A stretch of DNA of 32,000 nucleotides from Desulfotalea psychrophila LSv54 (GCF_000025945.1 NC_006138.1:2580001-2612000), one strand, 5' to 3'. Positions 1-10,144 are shown, counted from the stretch's first letter. The notes: generated by a model from the sequence alone, not told the origin. A program made the numbers and translations.

Positions 1-704
1 CAAAGGTAGGTACACCTGGAAAGTCGTCCATTTTATTGTTCATGGCAAGGGCTCTGGCACGACCGGATTTAACGTGAGGACCAAAGGCAGGCGGAAAAGC
101 TACGGCAGAATCAATATGCCCACCAATTACAGATACCATGGAGGCAGCGCCACTGTTCGCGTGTACATAGGTAACCTTATAATCGAGCTGGCCGGCAATC
201 ATGTTAGCAAGGATGGTCGCGGAAGAGGCTGCACCCCAAGAGCCTTGAGTTACCTTTCCTGCCTGAGCGCCAGCAACGAACTCCGGCAGAGTTTTATAAG
301 GACTGTCTGCAGGGACAACGATTGCCAGAGGGACAGAGGTCATTTTGATAATAGGAGTAAAGCTATCAAAATCGTAGGGGGTCTTGCTAAAGTTCGGAGT
401 AACAAGCACGTTACTGAGACCAACATTAAGCAGGGTATAACCATCATTTTTAGAGTTTGCCACAAAGGCGCTACCCATAATGCCACCACCACCGGCCTTA
501 TTAATAACTACAACTGGAGTACCAAGTTCTTTTTCTATTGCGTTAGCCCATACACGGGTAGAGAGATCAGAATCGCCGCCGGCACTCCAGGGAACGATGA
601 CCTTAATAGGTTTTGTTGGATATTCAGCAAAAGCTGATGCAGCTGTTAAAGAGATGGTCAGAGTTGTGGCAATTGCTACAAGTGATTTTCCAAAGCGTTT
701 CATA
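1..704 (-). CDS. tctC: Tripartite tricarboxylate transporter substrate-binding protein (TctC/Bug family), partial, runs off the left edge
   Basis: Reverse-strand frame from ATG at 704: MKRFGKSLVAIATTLTISLTAASAFAEYPTKPIKVIVPWSAGGDSDLSTRVWANAIEKELGTPVVVINKAGGGGIMGSAFV...; signal peptide plus Bug-family N-terminal pattern; adjacent to tctA/tctB. Absent from the ORF track because it has no stop in the window. Confidence 0.9.
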
Positions 705-826
705 AAAACTCCTCAATAAATATTTTAACACAGGGCAGAGACCTCTCTACCAAAAATATGTCAACAACATGGCAAGACTGGTTCTCTGCTGATCTGACCA
801 GTTGTTGACATAGGAAAACGCAACAT

Positions 827-2371
827 TTAGGCGGGTACCTCGACACCCTCATCTACTTCTATCGCCTTTTTAAGGGCTGCTCTGGCGGCTTCTTTCTTAC
901 GTTGACGCAGGGTGCTATATACGGAGAAAGCTGCCAATGCGGTGAATATCCACGAAAATGGTGAGGCAAAGAACAGGTGGTACTCTGTGCCGACAATGGC
1001 CACAGCCTGATCAAGGTTTTGCTCTAAAAACGGGGTAAGGATAACGCCGATGATAAAGGCCGCAGGATTCAGTCCTGTCAGGCGCATCCCATATCCAAAC
1101 AGGGTAAAGAGGATGAGAACAAACACATCGTTAATATCCTGATTTACAGTAAAAGAACCTGCAAAGGCGAAAATGGTAACGCATGGGAAGATGTAGCTAC
1201 GTGGAACAGAGGCTACTCTTGTCCAGAAACGAAATCCCGATTTAGCAATAACAAGCAGGAAGAGATCTGTTATAAGAAAACCTGCAAAGATCGAGTAAAT
1301 CACACTGGTGTGTTCGAAGAAAATGGTTGGCCCGGGAGTGATACCCTGAATGAGGAAGGCACCCATGAGCAGAGCAGCTACGTCATCACCGGGAATACCC
1401 AGGGTGAGCATGGGTATCATGGTGGCACCACATACTGCATTATTGGCAGATTCTGCGGCGGCAATACCACGGATAGAGCCCTTACCAAATTTCTCAGGAT
1501 TCTTGGCGCATCGTTTTGCCTCACCGTAGGCAAGAAAGGCTGCAGTACTTGAGCCAAGACCGGGCAGAGAGCCAATAAAGGTTCCAATTCCTGATGATTT
1601 AAGGATGGTGCCCAGGACAGATTTGTACTCCTTCCAGCTTATACGATTATCCGCCGGAATGGTTGACTTCATAAGTCTCATCTGGGCATCTGGGTCCTTA
1701 CGATTTCTAATGGCCTTAATAACCTCAGGCATAACGAGTACACCGATGAGCATGGGCATAAAGGTAAAGCCATTCAGCAACTCCGGAACACCAAAGGTAA
1801 AACGGGAGGCACCGGTGATGGGAGACATACCCACCATAGCCACAAACATACCCAGGCAACAGGAGAGGAGTCCACGAGCAACAGACTCTCCTGTAATAGA
1901 ACCAATAACAGTAAAGGCAAAGAGCAGGAGGAATACACGTTCAATGGGCCCTGCCTGCAAAGAGATCACTGAAATAGGCGCTGCCACAAAGATCAGAACA
2001 AGAGTACTGAGCATCTCTCCCGTAACTGATGCATAGAGGGACATATCGAGGGCCTTGCCGGCCTTTCCCATCTTGGTCAGGGCGTTGCCGTCCTGTGCGG
2101 TCAGAAAGGAGGCCGCTGCCCCGGGAGTATTGATCAGAATGGCAGAAATAGAGCCACCATAAATTCCTGCCTTATATACGGCAAGGAGCATGGGGATACC
2201 AATAATGGGGTCTACGTAAAAGGTCAGTGGTAAAATTATGGCAATAGCCATAATGGCTGATATACCTGGGATGGCACCAAAAATAATCCCCACCACAACC
2301 CCGACTGTAATACCAATAAGGGGGCCCACAGCAAATATGGAGGAAAATCCGTTTAAAATGTTTTCTAGCAT
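827..2371 (-). CDS. tctA: Tripartite tricarboxylate transporter large permease subunit TctA
   Basis: Long hydrophobic ORF with TctA-like GIIFGAIPGISAIMAIAIILPLTF and LVIAKSGFRFW segments; likely start is MLENILNGF at 2371, not the track start at 2437, which overlaps tctB. Confidence 0.93.
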   Translation of the reverse strand: MLENILNGFSSIFAVGPLIGITVGVVVGIIFGAIPGISAIMAIAIILPLTFYVDPIIGIPMLLAVYKAGIYGGSISAILINTPGAAASFLTAQDGNALTKMGKAGKALDMSLYASVTGEMLSTLVLIFVAAPISVISLQAGPIERVFLLLFAFTVIGSITGESVARGLLSCCLGMFVAMVGMSPITGASRFTFGVPELLNGFTFMPMLIGVLVMPEVIKAIRNRKDPDAQMRLMKSTIPADNRISWKEYKSVLGTILKSSGIGTFIGSLPGLGSSTAAFLAYGEAKRCAKNPEKFGKGSIRGIAAAESANNAVCGATMIPMLTLGIPGDDVAALLMGAFLIQGITPGPTIFFEHTSVIYSIFAGFLITDLFLLVIAKSGFRFWTRVASVPRSYIFPCVTIFAFAGSFTVNQDINDVFVLILFTLFGYGMRLTGLNPAAFIIGVILTPFLEQNLDQAVAIVGTEYHLFFASPFSWIFTALAAFSVYSTLRQRKKEAARAALKKAIEVDEGVEVPA

Positions 2372-2387
2372 AGTATCCTCGCTCTTG

Positions 2388-2855
2388 TTACAGGGACCAA
2401 GTCGGTAATAGCACTCGTAAATAGTTATAGCAGCCATAATAAATCAGGATTGGCGTTACTATAGATAGGGGGAGCATGACAAGCCAGTTTCGACTTCCCA
2501 GAAGCAGGGCAACGGCTATCATGATAAATGGTGTAGCCACTATAAATCCAACAATGGGCACCATGTACCAGTATATGAGGAAGTATGCTATATAGACGAC
2601 AATCCCCATAAAACCATTAGTATCAATGAATTCCTGCTCTTCGAGGGGTAAGGCCTTACGCAGCTTATAGAGGGATTGAGCCCCTATGGTTCCTGAAAAT
2701 GCAATAATACAGACGGCTATTAGGCGAGGTAGAAACATAGATCCCAGAGCTGTTTCCATACCTCCTTCAACCAGATTGTCATTTGTAAGGACAATTATCG
2801 ACATGATTATCAGGACTGCATGGATAATCACATCAAGTTTTCTTCTGTTCATCAT
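2388..2855 (-). CDS. tctB: Tripartite tricarboxylate transporter small permease subunit TctB
   Basis: 155 aa hydrophobic protein located 16 bp upstream of tctA, same strand, TctB-like size and layout. Confidence 0.85.
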   Translation of the reverse strand: MMNRRKLDVIIHAVLIIMSIIVLTNDNLVEGGMETALGSMFLPRLIAVCIIAFSGTIGAQSLYKLRKALPLEEQEFIDTNGFMGIVVYIAYFLIYWYMVPIVGFIVATPFIMIAVALLLGSRNWLVMLPLSIVTPILIYYGCYNYLRVLLPTWSL

Positions 2856-3329
2856 TCCTCCGTGTCAATTGTCGCCCCATTCAAAGAAAAACCTAAGAAA
2901 TTTTGTGGCGAGTTTATGGCTATATCAATTTAGATAGATTTTCCTCTGCAGGCTATAAATAGCCATTAATAAGGAAATCTATGTCGTATATAGGAAGTTG
3001 AATGCACCTTCGTCGCGCCAGCAAAGGCTGAAAGCTCTGTGCACTTAAAAACCAATACACCTAAATTATTTTTCAGGGCGAATTTTCCTGCAGCTTTACA
3101 AGTTCTTCTCTTCTCACAACTATATTACTGTTATTTCGTTTATATCAAATAACTGCTTCCCAAAAATCAGGCTACCAGCCCATGGTCTTTGGAGCAAAAC
3201 CATGACGATGGGCAAATGGATAGAAATGAAGAGGGCTTAAGATAACCCTATCTTGTAGCAAGGCTATTTACTCCGTTGCTGCTTAACAGCAGAGAAAAGG
3301 GCAGGAACTGCCCTTCTCCCGTGTAAATA

Positions 3330-4724
3330 TTACTGATTTCCCTCGGCTTCAAGAATCATAATATTTTCCAAAGAAACAGGTCTTACAGGGGTACGAATAT
3401 TAAGTGCCCCCACAGCAGGCACATCTCTACCCAGTTCCTTGGCAGCAATTTCTGCCAGGGCAGAACCGCACATGCGCCCCTGACATGGCCCCATACCACA
3501 ACGGGTACGTAACTTAATATCATTTACCTCTTGGCATCCCTCCTGAACGGCACGACGGATATCACCTGCGGAGACATTCTCACAGCGACAGACGGTAACA
3601 GAATCATCCATATCAAAGAGACCCTTTCTCGGGGCAAAGTAACTATCAACAAAATCCCGTGGGGCAACGGCTTTTTGCAGGCGTTTTTGGGTTTCGCCAA
3701 TAAGCTCTTTTGCCTTGCCTGCTCCTACTTTGCCAAGCTTTTGAGTGATATCTAAGGCTGCCATTTCCCCTTTGCAGGTGGAGCTGCCTATTCCATGTAC
3801 CTTGGTGCAATCACCCACCACATAGACCCTTTGATTGCTACTCTTGCCAAATTGATTAACAAGGGGATACCAGTAACGTTGGGTTTTGTCCCAGACATGC
3901 TCAAGCTGAAACATTCGACTTACATGGGTACGGGGAATAAGTCCCTCGTGAACAAGCAGGGTAGAGCAATCGATGCTGTGCTTGCCGCTAAAACTTGAAA
4001 ATTGGACCCGTTCAACCTTATTATCACCGTGGGCCGAAATATTACTGACACCACGAAAATATTTGGTCTTCCCTAATAGGGCTGCCGTCATCTTTACCCC
4101 CTTAAAAAGAAAGGGAATATCCTGCAGGGCCTTCGGCATATGGGCCATTGAGCGGACAAGATTAGTAAGAGGCATTGTTTCAAGAATACCTGCAAGAGGC
4201 ACCCCGAGTTCTAAGAGATGGCCTGCTACCAGAGGAACAAGGGGGCCGTTTCCGGCAATAACCACAGGAGCATCCGGAGTCATCCCGGCTGTCTTGTAGA
4301 GCAGATCGGCTGAGCCCGCAGTCATGACATTTGGCAGGGTCCAACCCTTAAAAGGAACAGGACGCTCCATGGCACCGGTGGCGATGACGATATACTGAGT
4401 GCGGATATCCATAGTCTTACCATCGACCGTTGCCAGGAGGCGCTCATAGCCACCATGCCAGACCACTGCATTGGCAATATAACGAATATTGCCCTCAAGC
4501 ATGCTGTTAACCAGAGCAGCGCCCTCTTCTCTGTCATGGGGAGACAAAAAGTTTTTATGGGCGTTATCACCTGTCACCCAACGATAGATCTGCCCCCCGG
4601 CAAGATTCTGATCATCGAGAAGGATAACATCAAGGCCTAATTTTGCAGCAGTGATGGCACAGCTAAGTCCGGCAGGGCCTGCCCCAACAATGGCAACGTC
4701 CCACTTTTGTTGCTTTTCTTGCAT
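3330..4724 (-). CDS. NAD(P)/FAD-dependent oxidoreductase with C-terminal BFD-like [2Fe-2S] domain (HcnB / opine oxidase subunit A-like)
   Basis: N-terminal VAIVGAGPAGLSCAITAAKLG dinucleotide-binding motif; C-terminal CRCENVSAGDIRRAV...TRCGMGPCQGRMCG cysteine cluster. Confidence 0.88.
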   Translation of the reverse strand: MQEKQQKWDVAIVGAGPAGLSCAITAAKLGLDVILLDDQNLAGGQIYRWVTGDNAHKNFLSPHDREEGAALVNSMLEGNIRYIANAVVWHGGYERLLATVDGKTMDIRTQYIVIATGAMERPVPFKGWTLPNVMTAGSADLLYKTAGMTPDAPVVIAGNGPLVPLVAGHLLELGVPLAGILETMPLTNLVRSMAHMPKALQDIPFLFKGVKMTAALLGKTKYFRGVSNISAHGDNKVERVQFSSFSGKHSIDCSTLLVHEGLIPRTHVSRMFQLEHVWDKTQRYWYPLVNQFGKSSNQRVYVVGDCTKVHGIGSSTCKGEMAALDITQKLGKVGAGKAKELIGETQKRLQKAVAPRDFVDSYFAPRKGLFDMDDSVTVCRCENVSAGDIRRAVQEGCQEVNDIKLRTRCGMGPCQGRMCGSALAEIAAKELGRDVPAVGALNIRTPVRPVSLENIMILEAEGNQ

Positions 4725-5008
4725 TAGAGTGTCTCCTGCATATGGGTTTGTCTCTCAACCTTCATACCATCTCTGGCAACGATCAAGCAGCTCTGCTGAT
4801 TGGGAACACCGTCTATGGTAACCATGCATTCAAAGCAGACGCCCATGAGACAGTTGGGTCCTCGACGTTCTCCGCTTACAGGGTTAATAGAGGTGTAGTT
4901 TCCCTCGTTGTGGGAATGAGAATGTTCCAGTACCGCTACGGCAACAGTGACACCTGCATCGACTGTGACAGGCTTTCCCTCAAAATAAATAGTTATTTTT
5001 TCTGACAT
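4724..5008 (-). CDS. Small (2Fe-2S)-binding subunit (HcnA / opine oxidase subunit C-like)
   Basis: 94 aa with GPNCLMGVCFECMVTIDG...QSCL ferredoxin-like motif; its TAA overlaps the ATG of the next gene (TAATG). Confidence 0.88.
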   Translation of the reverse strand: MSEKITIYFEGKPVTVDAGVTVAVAVLEHSHSHNEGNYTSINPVSGERRGPNCLMGVCFECMVTIDGVPNQQSCLIVARDGMKVERQTHMQETL

Positions 5009-5067
5009 AATCCGTTCTCGTTATATATGATGAACATCATGATGATGAGCTGAACTCTATTTTTTAT

Positions 5068-6201
5068 CTATGCATCAGCCGGGAAACGATCCAGACCAAA
5101 TCCCTGGGCATTCTTTGGTAACTTACCGCCAAGAATAAACTCAGGAAGATGCTTTGCCTGCACTGCTGCCAGGGTGACACCGCTATGGGCATTAAAAATA
5201 AAGGCATTTTTGTGATTTGGGATAGCGTCGTAAATAGGGAAGCCGTCCTTGGGCCAGACCCGCAGTCCGGTCCAACAGCGAATAACACGAAGTTTGGCAA
5301 TGGCTGGCCAGATAGTATGGGCCCAGTTAGCCACATGCTGCAGGCGCTCGGGAACAAGCTCGGTATTATTGCCCATATACTCATGCTCAAAACCCACCAT
5401 AACGGTACCGCCGTCGGTACGGGTGATGCCGAGCAGTGGTGTCGGCAGAAGGTTGGGAATACGCTCGGTGAGAAAGAGCTGCGACTTATTGGCATAAATC
5501 GGCACATTAATGCCAAATTGGTTGGCAAGTTGCTTAGATCCCAGTCCAGCCGTTATCACCAAACGCTCACACTCAATGGTACCCGTACTGGTGTGAACAG
5601 TATAACTATCACCATTTCGGGCGATATCCAGGGCAGCACAGTGGGGAAGGAAGGTGCCACCATTGCGTTTCATGGCCAATCGAAGAGCGAACATCAGCTG
5701 CAGTGGTTCTATATGGCCATCCTCTGGACACCAGGTTCCGCCCGTTACCTCTTTACCAAAGGTGACTCCCGGGTAATGGGCCTCAAGCTGAGATCGGGAG
5801 TACATTTCGCCGGGATAATCCTTAGTGGCCCCAAATTTTTTTGCCTCTTCATCCAAGGCCTTCAGGTAATTTGCCCGCCTGTCATAATCGGCTTCGCCCA
5901 CGGTGGGAATTATACCACCACACTGCTTGTACATAGTATCAATGCCAGTAAGCTCTTCTATTTCCGGTATCAGCTCAGGGAAAAGTTTAGAAGATTCAAA
6001 GTTCCACTCCGCATAGGGGCGATTACCCAGAGCTTTTGACTGGCACCAAATAAGGCCCATGTTTGCTCTGGATGATCTATCTATAGGATTGGGCGGGGCA
6101 TCGATTAAAACCACCTTCTTGTTTTTTTTGGTCAGCCCGTAGGCTATTGCTGCGCCTGTTACGCCAGCACCAATGACAAGTACATCTGCGCTATGATTCA
6201 T
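5068..6201 (-). CDS. DAO-family FAD-dependent oxidoreductase (HcnC / opine oxidase subunit B-like)
   Basis: N-terminal DVLVIGAGVTGAAIAYGLTKKNKKVVLID Rossmann motif; C-terminal AHSGVTLAAVQAKHLPEFILG; three-gene set with the two preceding features. Confidence 0.9.
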   Translation of the reverse strand: MNHSADVLVIGAGVTGAAIAYGLTKKNKKVVLIDAPPNPIDRSSRANMGLIWCQSKALGNRPYAEWNFESSKLFPELIPEIEELTGIDTMYKQCGGIIPTVGEADYDRRANYLKALDEEAKKFGATKDYPGEMYSRSQLEAHYPGVTFGKEVTGGTWCPEDGHIEPLQLMFALRLAMKRNGGTFLPHCAALDIARNGDSYTVHTSTGTIECERLVITAGLGSKQLANQFGINVPIYANKSQLFLTERIPNLLPTPLLGITRTDGGTVMVGFEHEYMGNNTELVPERLQHVANWAHTIWPAIAKLRVIRCWTGLRVWPKDGFPIYDAIPNHKNAFIFNAHSGVTLAAVQAKHLPEFILGGKLPKNAQGFGLDRFPADA

Positions 6202-6625
6202 AAGAGTATGTTTTTGTTCTATAAGAGTATAAAAGGCTTTTAATCTCTTTATGAAAAAAAATGCCGCTTATGGGGTTGTAATAGAATTACTTAATTTTCT
6301 TAAGCTCTCTCATGCACCGCCCAAGGACCAGAAACGCCTATGGGAATGAGGCAGATGAAAGATGAAAATAGAGGAGAGGTAACTTGAGACAAACTCAGGG
6401 GTCTCTCCAAATAAATCTTATAATAAAAATTTATGATTACAATATTCATAGCAACTTATATGCCAAAAATAAAATATGAGGAGAGTGGGGGTGGTACTAG
6501 TTTGTAGGGGAAAGGAGAGGCATCTCCCTGCTGTTACATTATATTACATATTAAGGCAATGAGAACAGGATGCCTTATGAATATTCTTTAAAATTAAATA
6601 TTTACATGGATGTGTAACAGAATAT

Positions 6626-6654
6626 TTCAGCTGTAACGAGGCGTTACAGCTGAA
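6626..6654. repeat. Perfect 13-bp inverted repeat with 3-nt loop (TTCAGCTGTAACG-AGG-CGTTACAGCTGAA)
   Basis: Read directly; lies just downstream of the DUF1653 gene, with no U-tract on either strand. Confidence 0.85.
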
Positions 6655-6683
6655 TGGAATGGCAGGACTTGGGAAAAAATGAG

Positions 6684-6923
6684 TTATTCTTCTTCAGCAA
6701 TTTTTCTGAAACGGGGGACCAGTTTACCCTCTACCTCTACCTCTTCACTAAACATGGCAAGAGGCCTCACCCAGTAATCGAACTTGCCATAGAGGGTTTG
6801 ATAGACGACCATTGTCTCTTCACTTTCACTGTGAGTGGCAGTGCCTAAGACTTGATATTTTGGGCCCTTATAATGTTGATAGAGACCGGGTGCTATCTGG
6901 GAGCTACTTGATCTTAATTTCAT
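6684..6923 (-). CDS. DUF1653 domain-containing protein
   Basis: 79 aa, LYQHYKGPKYQVLGTATHSESEETMVVYQTLYG...WVRPLAMFSEEV pattern typical of DUF1653. Confidence 0.88.
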   Translation of the reverse strand: MKLRSSSSQIAPGLYQHYKGPKYQVLGTATHSESEETMVVYQTLYGKFDYWVRPLAMFSEEVEVEGKLVPRFRKIAEEE

Positions 6924-7059
6924 CTTCTCTCTCTAAACCAGGAAATAGCCCTTCAGCAACGCTATTGGTAAATATCTTACCCATAGCACATACAAAGTTT
7001 AGCGACTATTTATTGAAAAGTCTAATTTTCAAATCATTTTTATGCTCAAGATCTGTTTT

Positions 7060-8616
7060 TTAAACCTGACACCAATATATGCGTACATGTTCGGGACTTC
7101 CGGCAAGACGGGGGAAGTCCATGGGAGGGGACATTTGCCGGACAAGAGAAAAATGTTTTTCCAGTTCAGCCCGGTAATAGCTGGCATTGCCGCCACGATG
7201 ATTATTGGCAAAGAGGGCCACACCCCTAACAGAGAGTAACATACGTATCTGCCTGGCCAGTTCAGGCCACTGCTTTTCCACATGAAAGGCCTGTCCCTTG
7301 CCGGCTGAGGCAAAGACAGGAGGATCACAGATAATGAGATCCCAAGGGGTAAACTCCTCCGGATTTCTAGCATATTTGCGTTCCTGGCGCTGGAGCCATT
7401 TGCAGACATCTTCCTTAATAAACTTTCCCCGGCCACTCTCATCCAGGTGGTTAAGGGCAAAATTACCTTTTCCCCGGGCAAGGGTTGAGCCGGCAAGATC
7501 CACTGAAAAAACAACTTCAGCCCCGCCTGCCAAGGCGGCAGCAGAAAAAGAACAGGTAAAGGAAAAGAGATTTGCCACCCGTCTCCCCTCTGCGATCTGC
7601 CACACCCGCCTGCGTGAATCACGCTGATCGAGAAAGAGACCTACATGCTGAGACTCATTAATATTTACCTCAAAGTCAAGTAGGTGCTCGTGGGCGATAT
7701 TGCTGGACGAGATCGGCGCTCCCCACTGAATAACATCGTGGATCAGTTTCTTTTGGTGAGGGTTCTGGGCATGTCTGCGCAAAAGAGCACCCTGCCAGGC
7801 AAGCTTGTCCCGCAGATAATCCAGGGCAGGTTCAAGCAACGTTCGCAACTGCGTCGATGTCTTCTCTTCTGAAAATCCCGTGATAGAGAGGGTATTGTCA
7901 TAGAGATCAATACTTACCGGCAGATCAAGCTCGCCCCGTTGAATAAGACGATAGCTATTGGTTATAAGCTGGAGCCAACCCAAGCGACGTTCCCAAGCTA
8001 TGGCCGTATCTATTAATACCTTATCTCTCTGCTTAAGAACAAAGGAGAAAGAGTCCGGGGTGGAAGAGATAAATTCATGCCCGCTTTCGGCCAACCTAAT
8101 GGAGTGACAGTGGAGAAAGAGTCGGGCAAAAGGGCTATCGGCCCCATCGCCGACGATGGCTATGCCTGATTCTTCCGCAAATTCCTGAACACGCCTGCAA
8201 CAGCTTAGGGTTGCCGCCTCATAGAGAGAGTAATCCCTGCCCTCTTCAAGGAAACGAAAACGAACAGACTCCTCTGTTATGGAATTATCCCTTTCTACCA
8301 GCCAGCTGCCATCTTCCTCCGTCTGCCCGCGGTATCTCTTAGCTGAGATAAAGTGATATTTTTTCTCAGCAATTTTAACAGGTTGATCATTTTCTGCCTT
8401 CTCAATTTGATTCTTTCTGCGAAGAAGGAGAACACCACTGCAGCTCTTGGTAAGAGATGAGTAGAGGTCTATCTGATACTGCAGATGCAGAGCCAACCAC
8501 TCTGTGATGCCCACCTCTCCCTCTGTCATTGCCTGAGAAGAAAAACCTGTTGGTTTATCAACCACAAGTAGCTGGGCATCCTTATATATAATCGGTGAAC
8601 CTGTGGTCTTTTTCAT
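7060..8616 (-). CDS. Fusion of a degenerate RluA-like pseudouridine synthase domain and an RlmI-like class I SAM-dependent methyltransferase
   Basis: N-terminal LLVVDKPTGFSSQ ... SSLTKSCSGVLLL ... LHCHSIRL resembles the RluA fold; C-terminal NESQHVGLFLDQRDSRR...NLFSFTCSFSAAALAGGA...VDLA...WDLIICDPPVFA is RlmI-like. Likely start MKKTTGSP at 8616. Confidence 0.82.
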   Translation of the reverse strand: MKKTTGSPIIYKDAQLLVVDKPTGFSSQAMTEGEVGITEWLALHLQYQIDLYSSLTKSCSGVLLLRRKNQIEKAENDQPVKIAEKKYHFISAKRYRGQTEEDGSWLVERDNSITEESVRFRFLEEGRDYSLYEAATLSCCRRVQEFAEESGIAIVGDGADSPFARLFLHCHSIRLAESGHEFISSTPDSFSFVLKQRDKVLIDTAIAWERRLGWLQLITNSYRLIQRGELDLPVSIDLYDNTLSITGFSEEKTSTQLRTLLEPALDYLRDKLAWQGALLRRHAQNPHQKKLIHDVIQWGAPISSSNIAHEHLLDFEVNINESQHVGLFLDQRDSRRRVWQIAEGRRVANLFSFTCSFSAAALAGGAEVVFSVDLAGSTLARGKGNFALNHLDESGRGKFIKEDVCKWLQRQERKYARNPEEFTPWDLIICDPPVFASAGKGQAFHVEKQWPELARQIRMLLSVRGVALFANNHRGGNASYYRAELEKHFSLVRQMSPPMDFPRLAGSPEHVRIYWCQV

Positions 8617-8820
8617 GGTAAATTTTATGGGGTAAAAATTTTTTTCATTAAAAACTGCCTGCTTCCTCTCCTGCAAAGCAGATATATATAGCATTTTAGG
8701 GGCAAGGGCTCAAAGAAAAAGATCCCTAAGAAGGAAAGAGAAGGCAGATGACAATAACCTCTCGCTGTTTTAGCAGAATATTTATAGTAAGGGGAGAGTC
8801 CACAGACCCTCGAGAGATCC

Positions 8821-9237
8821 TTATGAATCCACGGCCTGCGGAAGTACAGGCTTTATATCGACCACCGGCGTGCCATCAATCGCCTCTATCGGCCCCACCC
8901 TCAACCTATTACCGCTGATCTGCAAAACCGTCACCCGATGCAGGCCAAGTGGGTTTGGTCTGTCGGGGGAGCGGGTAGAAAAGACCCCCATAATAGGCCT
9001 GCCCCTGTCCCCGCGGGGATGCAGTTTCAGTATATCGCGCTGAGACCTGTGCAACCAGGTGATGAGGATGATTTCACTGCCCACGGCCATACCTTCAAGC
9101 CCCTCTACCAAGGCCGGATCCACCTCAAGCCAGGCATCGGGCGCGCCCTCACTTCCCTGACTGGGCGCCGCTTTACGACTGACCAGATCGGAACGGATAA
9201 TACCAATGGGATTGATCTGATAGATGCCTTCGCTCAT
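8821..9237 (-). CDS. trmO: tRNA (N6-threonylcarbamoyladenosine(37)-N6)-methyltransferase TrmO (TsaA family)
   Basis: 138 aa; INPIGIIRSDL, ...RGDRGRPIMGVFSTRSPDRPNPLGLHRVTVL motif characteristic of TsaA/TrmO. Confidence 0.92.
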   Translation of the reverse strand: MSEGIYQINPIGIIRSDLVSRKAAPSQGSEGAPDAWLEVDPALVEGLEGMAVGSEIILITWLHRSQRDILKLHPRGDRGRPIMGVFSTRSPDRPNPLGLHRVTVLQISGNRLRVGPIEAIDGTPVVDIKPVLPQAVDS

Positions 9238-9295
9238 AGTCTCCTTGCCTACGCTTATTACTTAAAGCCAGTATCATTTATTGGGGAGTTATTTT

Positions 9296-9994
9296 TTAAT
9301 CAATAGATTTACTCATATTTTTCAACTCATTGTTGGCTAACAGGAGGATATTTGAAAATAAATCTTTGAGAGCACGTAACTCCGCTTCAGTATTTTCATT
9401 CAAATCTTTCTCGATGTAACTGTGTGCGTGAATATTGTCATCGATGTCTCTTAGTAATTTTGTTATCTCTTTTCTTTGTGTTTCTGTTGACAGCAGTAAA
9501 ATATATTCTGATACAGTAGTACTGTATCCTCTTAATCTTCCCTTGTTGTATGTTAGCTTTTCCTCTAGTATTGTTCGCTGTTTCTGTAATTCATAATCTC
9601 TACCGTCATCCCTGTGCTCCCATATTCCACGTCCTTCTGTTCCAAATATTCGGTATGAATCCAATTCTTTTTTTATCTTTTTTAAATTTGCTAGCTCATC
9701 TTCTTTAAGGATTTCTTTAGCGTATCTTGCGGCAGTAGCTATTTTGCTAATTGCCGTTCTAGAATTTTGGTGGTCAATAGCTTTTTTCCAATCATTTTTT
9801 GCAATCCATGCAACACCAAAAAGTCCAATAGTCCCAAGCCCTGCCAGCCATGTACCCAAATCTGAGAAACTCCCCAGCATATCACTGCGTATTTCTGACG
9901 AGCTTGTAAATGTGGCATAGATTACCCCAATAATAACGACAAGATTTACCAGACAAGCTATGATGATATTATGCTTTTTCCAAATCGTCTTCAT
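9296..9994 (-). CDS. Hypothetical protein with two N-terminal transmembrane segments and an alpha-helical cytoplasmic region
   Basis: IIIACLVNLVVIIGVIYATF and FSDLGTWLAGLGTIGLFGVAWI hydrophobic segments followed by a charged helical region; layout resembles putative phage abortive-infection membrane proteins (weak). Confidence 0.7.
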   Translation of the reverse strand: MKTIWKKHNIIIACLVNLVVIIGVIYATFTSSSEIRSDMLGSFSDLGTWLAGLGTIGLFGVAWIAKNDWKKAIDHQNSRTAISKIATAARYAKEILKEDELANLKKIKKELDSYRIFGTEGRGIWEHRDDGRDYELQKQRTILEEKLTYNKGRLRGYSTTVSEYILLLSTETQRKEITKLLRDIDDNIHAHSYIEKDLNENTEAELRALKDLFSNILLLANNELKNMSKSID

Positions 9995-10144
9995 TTTTTA
10001 ATCATGCTCACTCACTTAAACAGGTTATTATGCCAATTTTTTTATTTAACAACATTAAAACTTACAAAATTAGCGCTAAACATACCATATAGTTCAGTGT
10101 TTTTGGGAAATCTGATTATTCTGCGATTGAATCTCTTCTCGGTG

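Noticed and set aside
74-719. ORFs 74..637 and 480..719 on the + strand
   Set aside because: Antisense to the tctC reading frame, which is open to the window edge and has a clear family pattern.
3286-3321. Hairpin GGGCAG-GAA-CTGCCC downstream of the FAD/BFD subunit gene as a terminator
   Set aside because: Short 6-bp stem and only a weak T-run on the reverse strand; may end the dehydrogenase operon but too weak to list as a feature.
5149-6039. 296-aa ORF on the + strand
   Set aside because: Antisense to the clearly coding DAO-family oxidoreductase; no recognisable domain, long only because of codon bias on the other strand.
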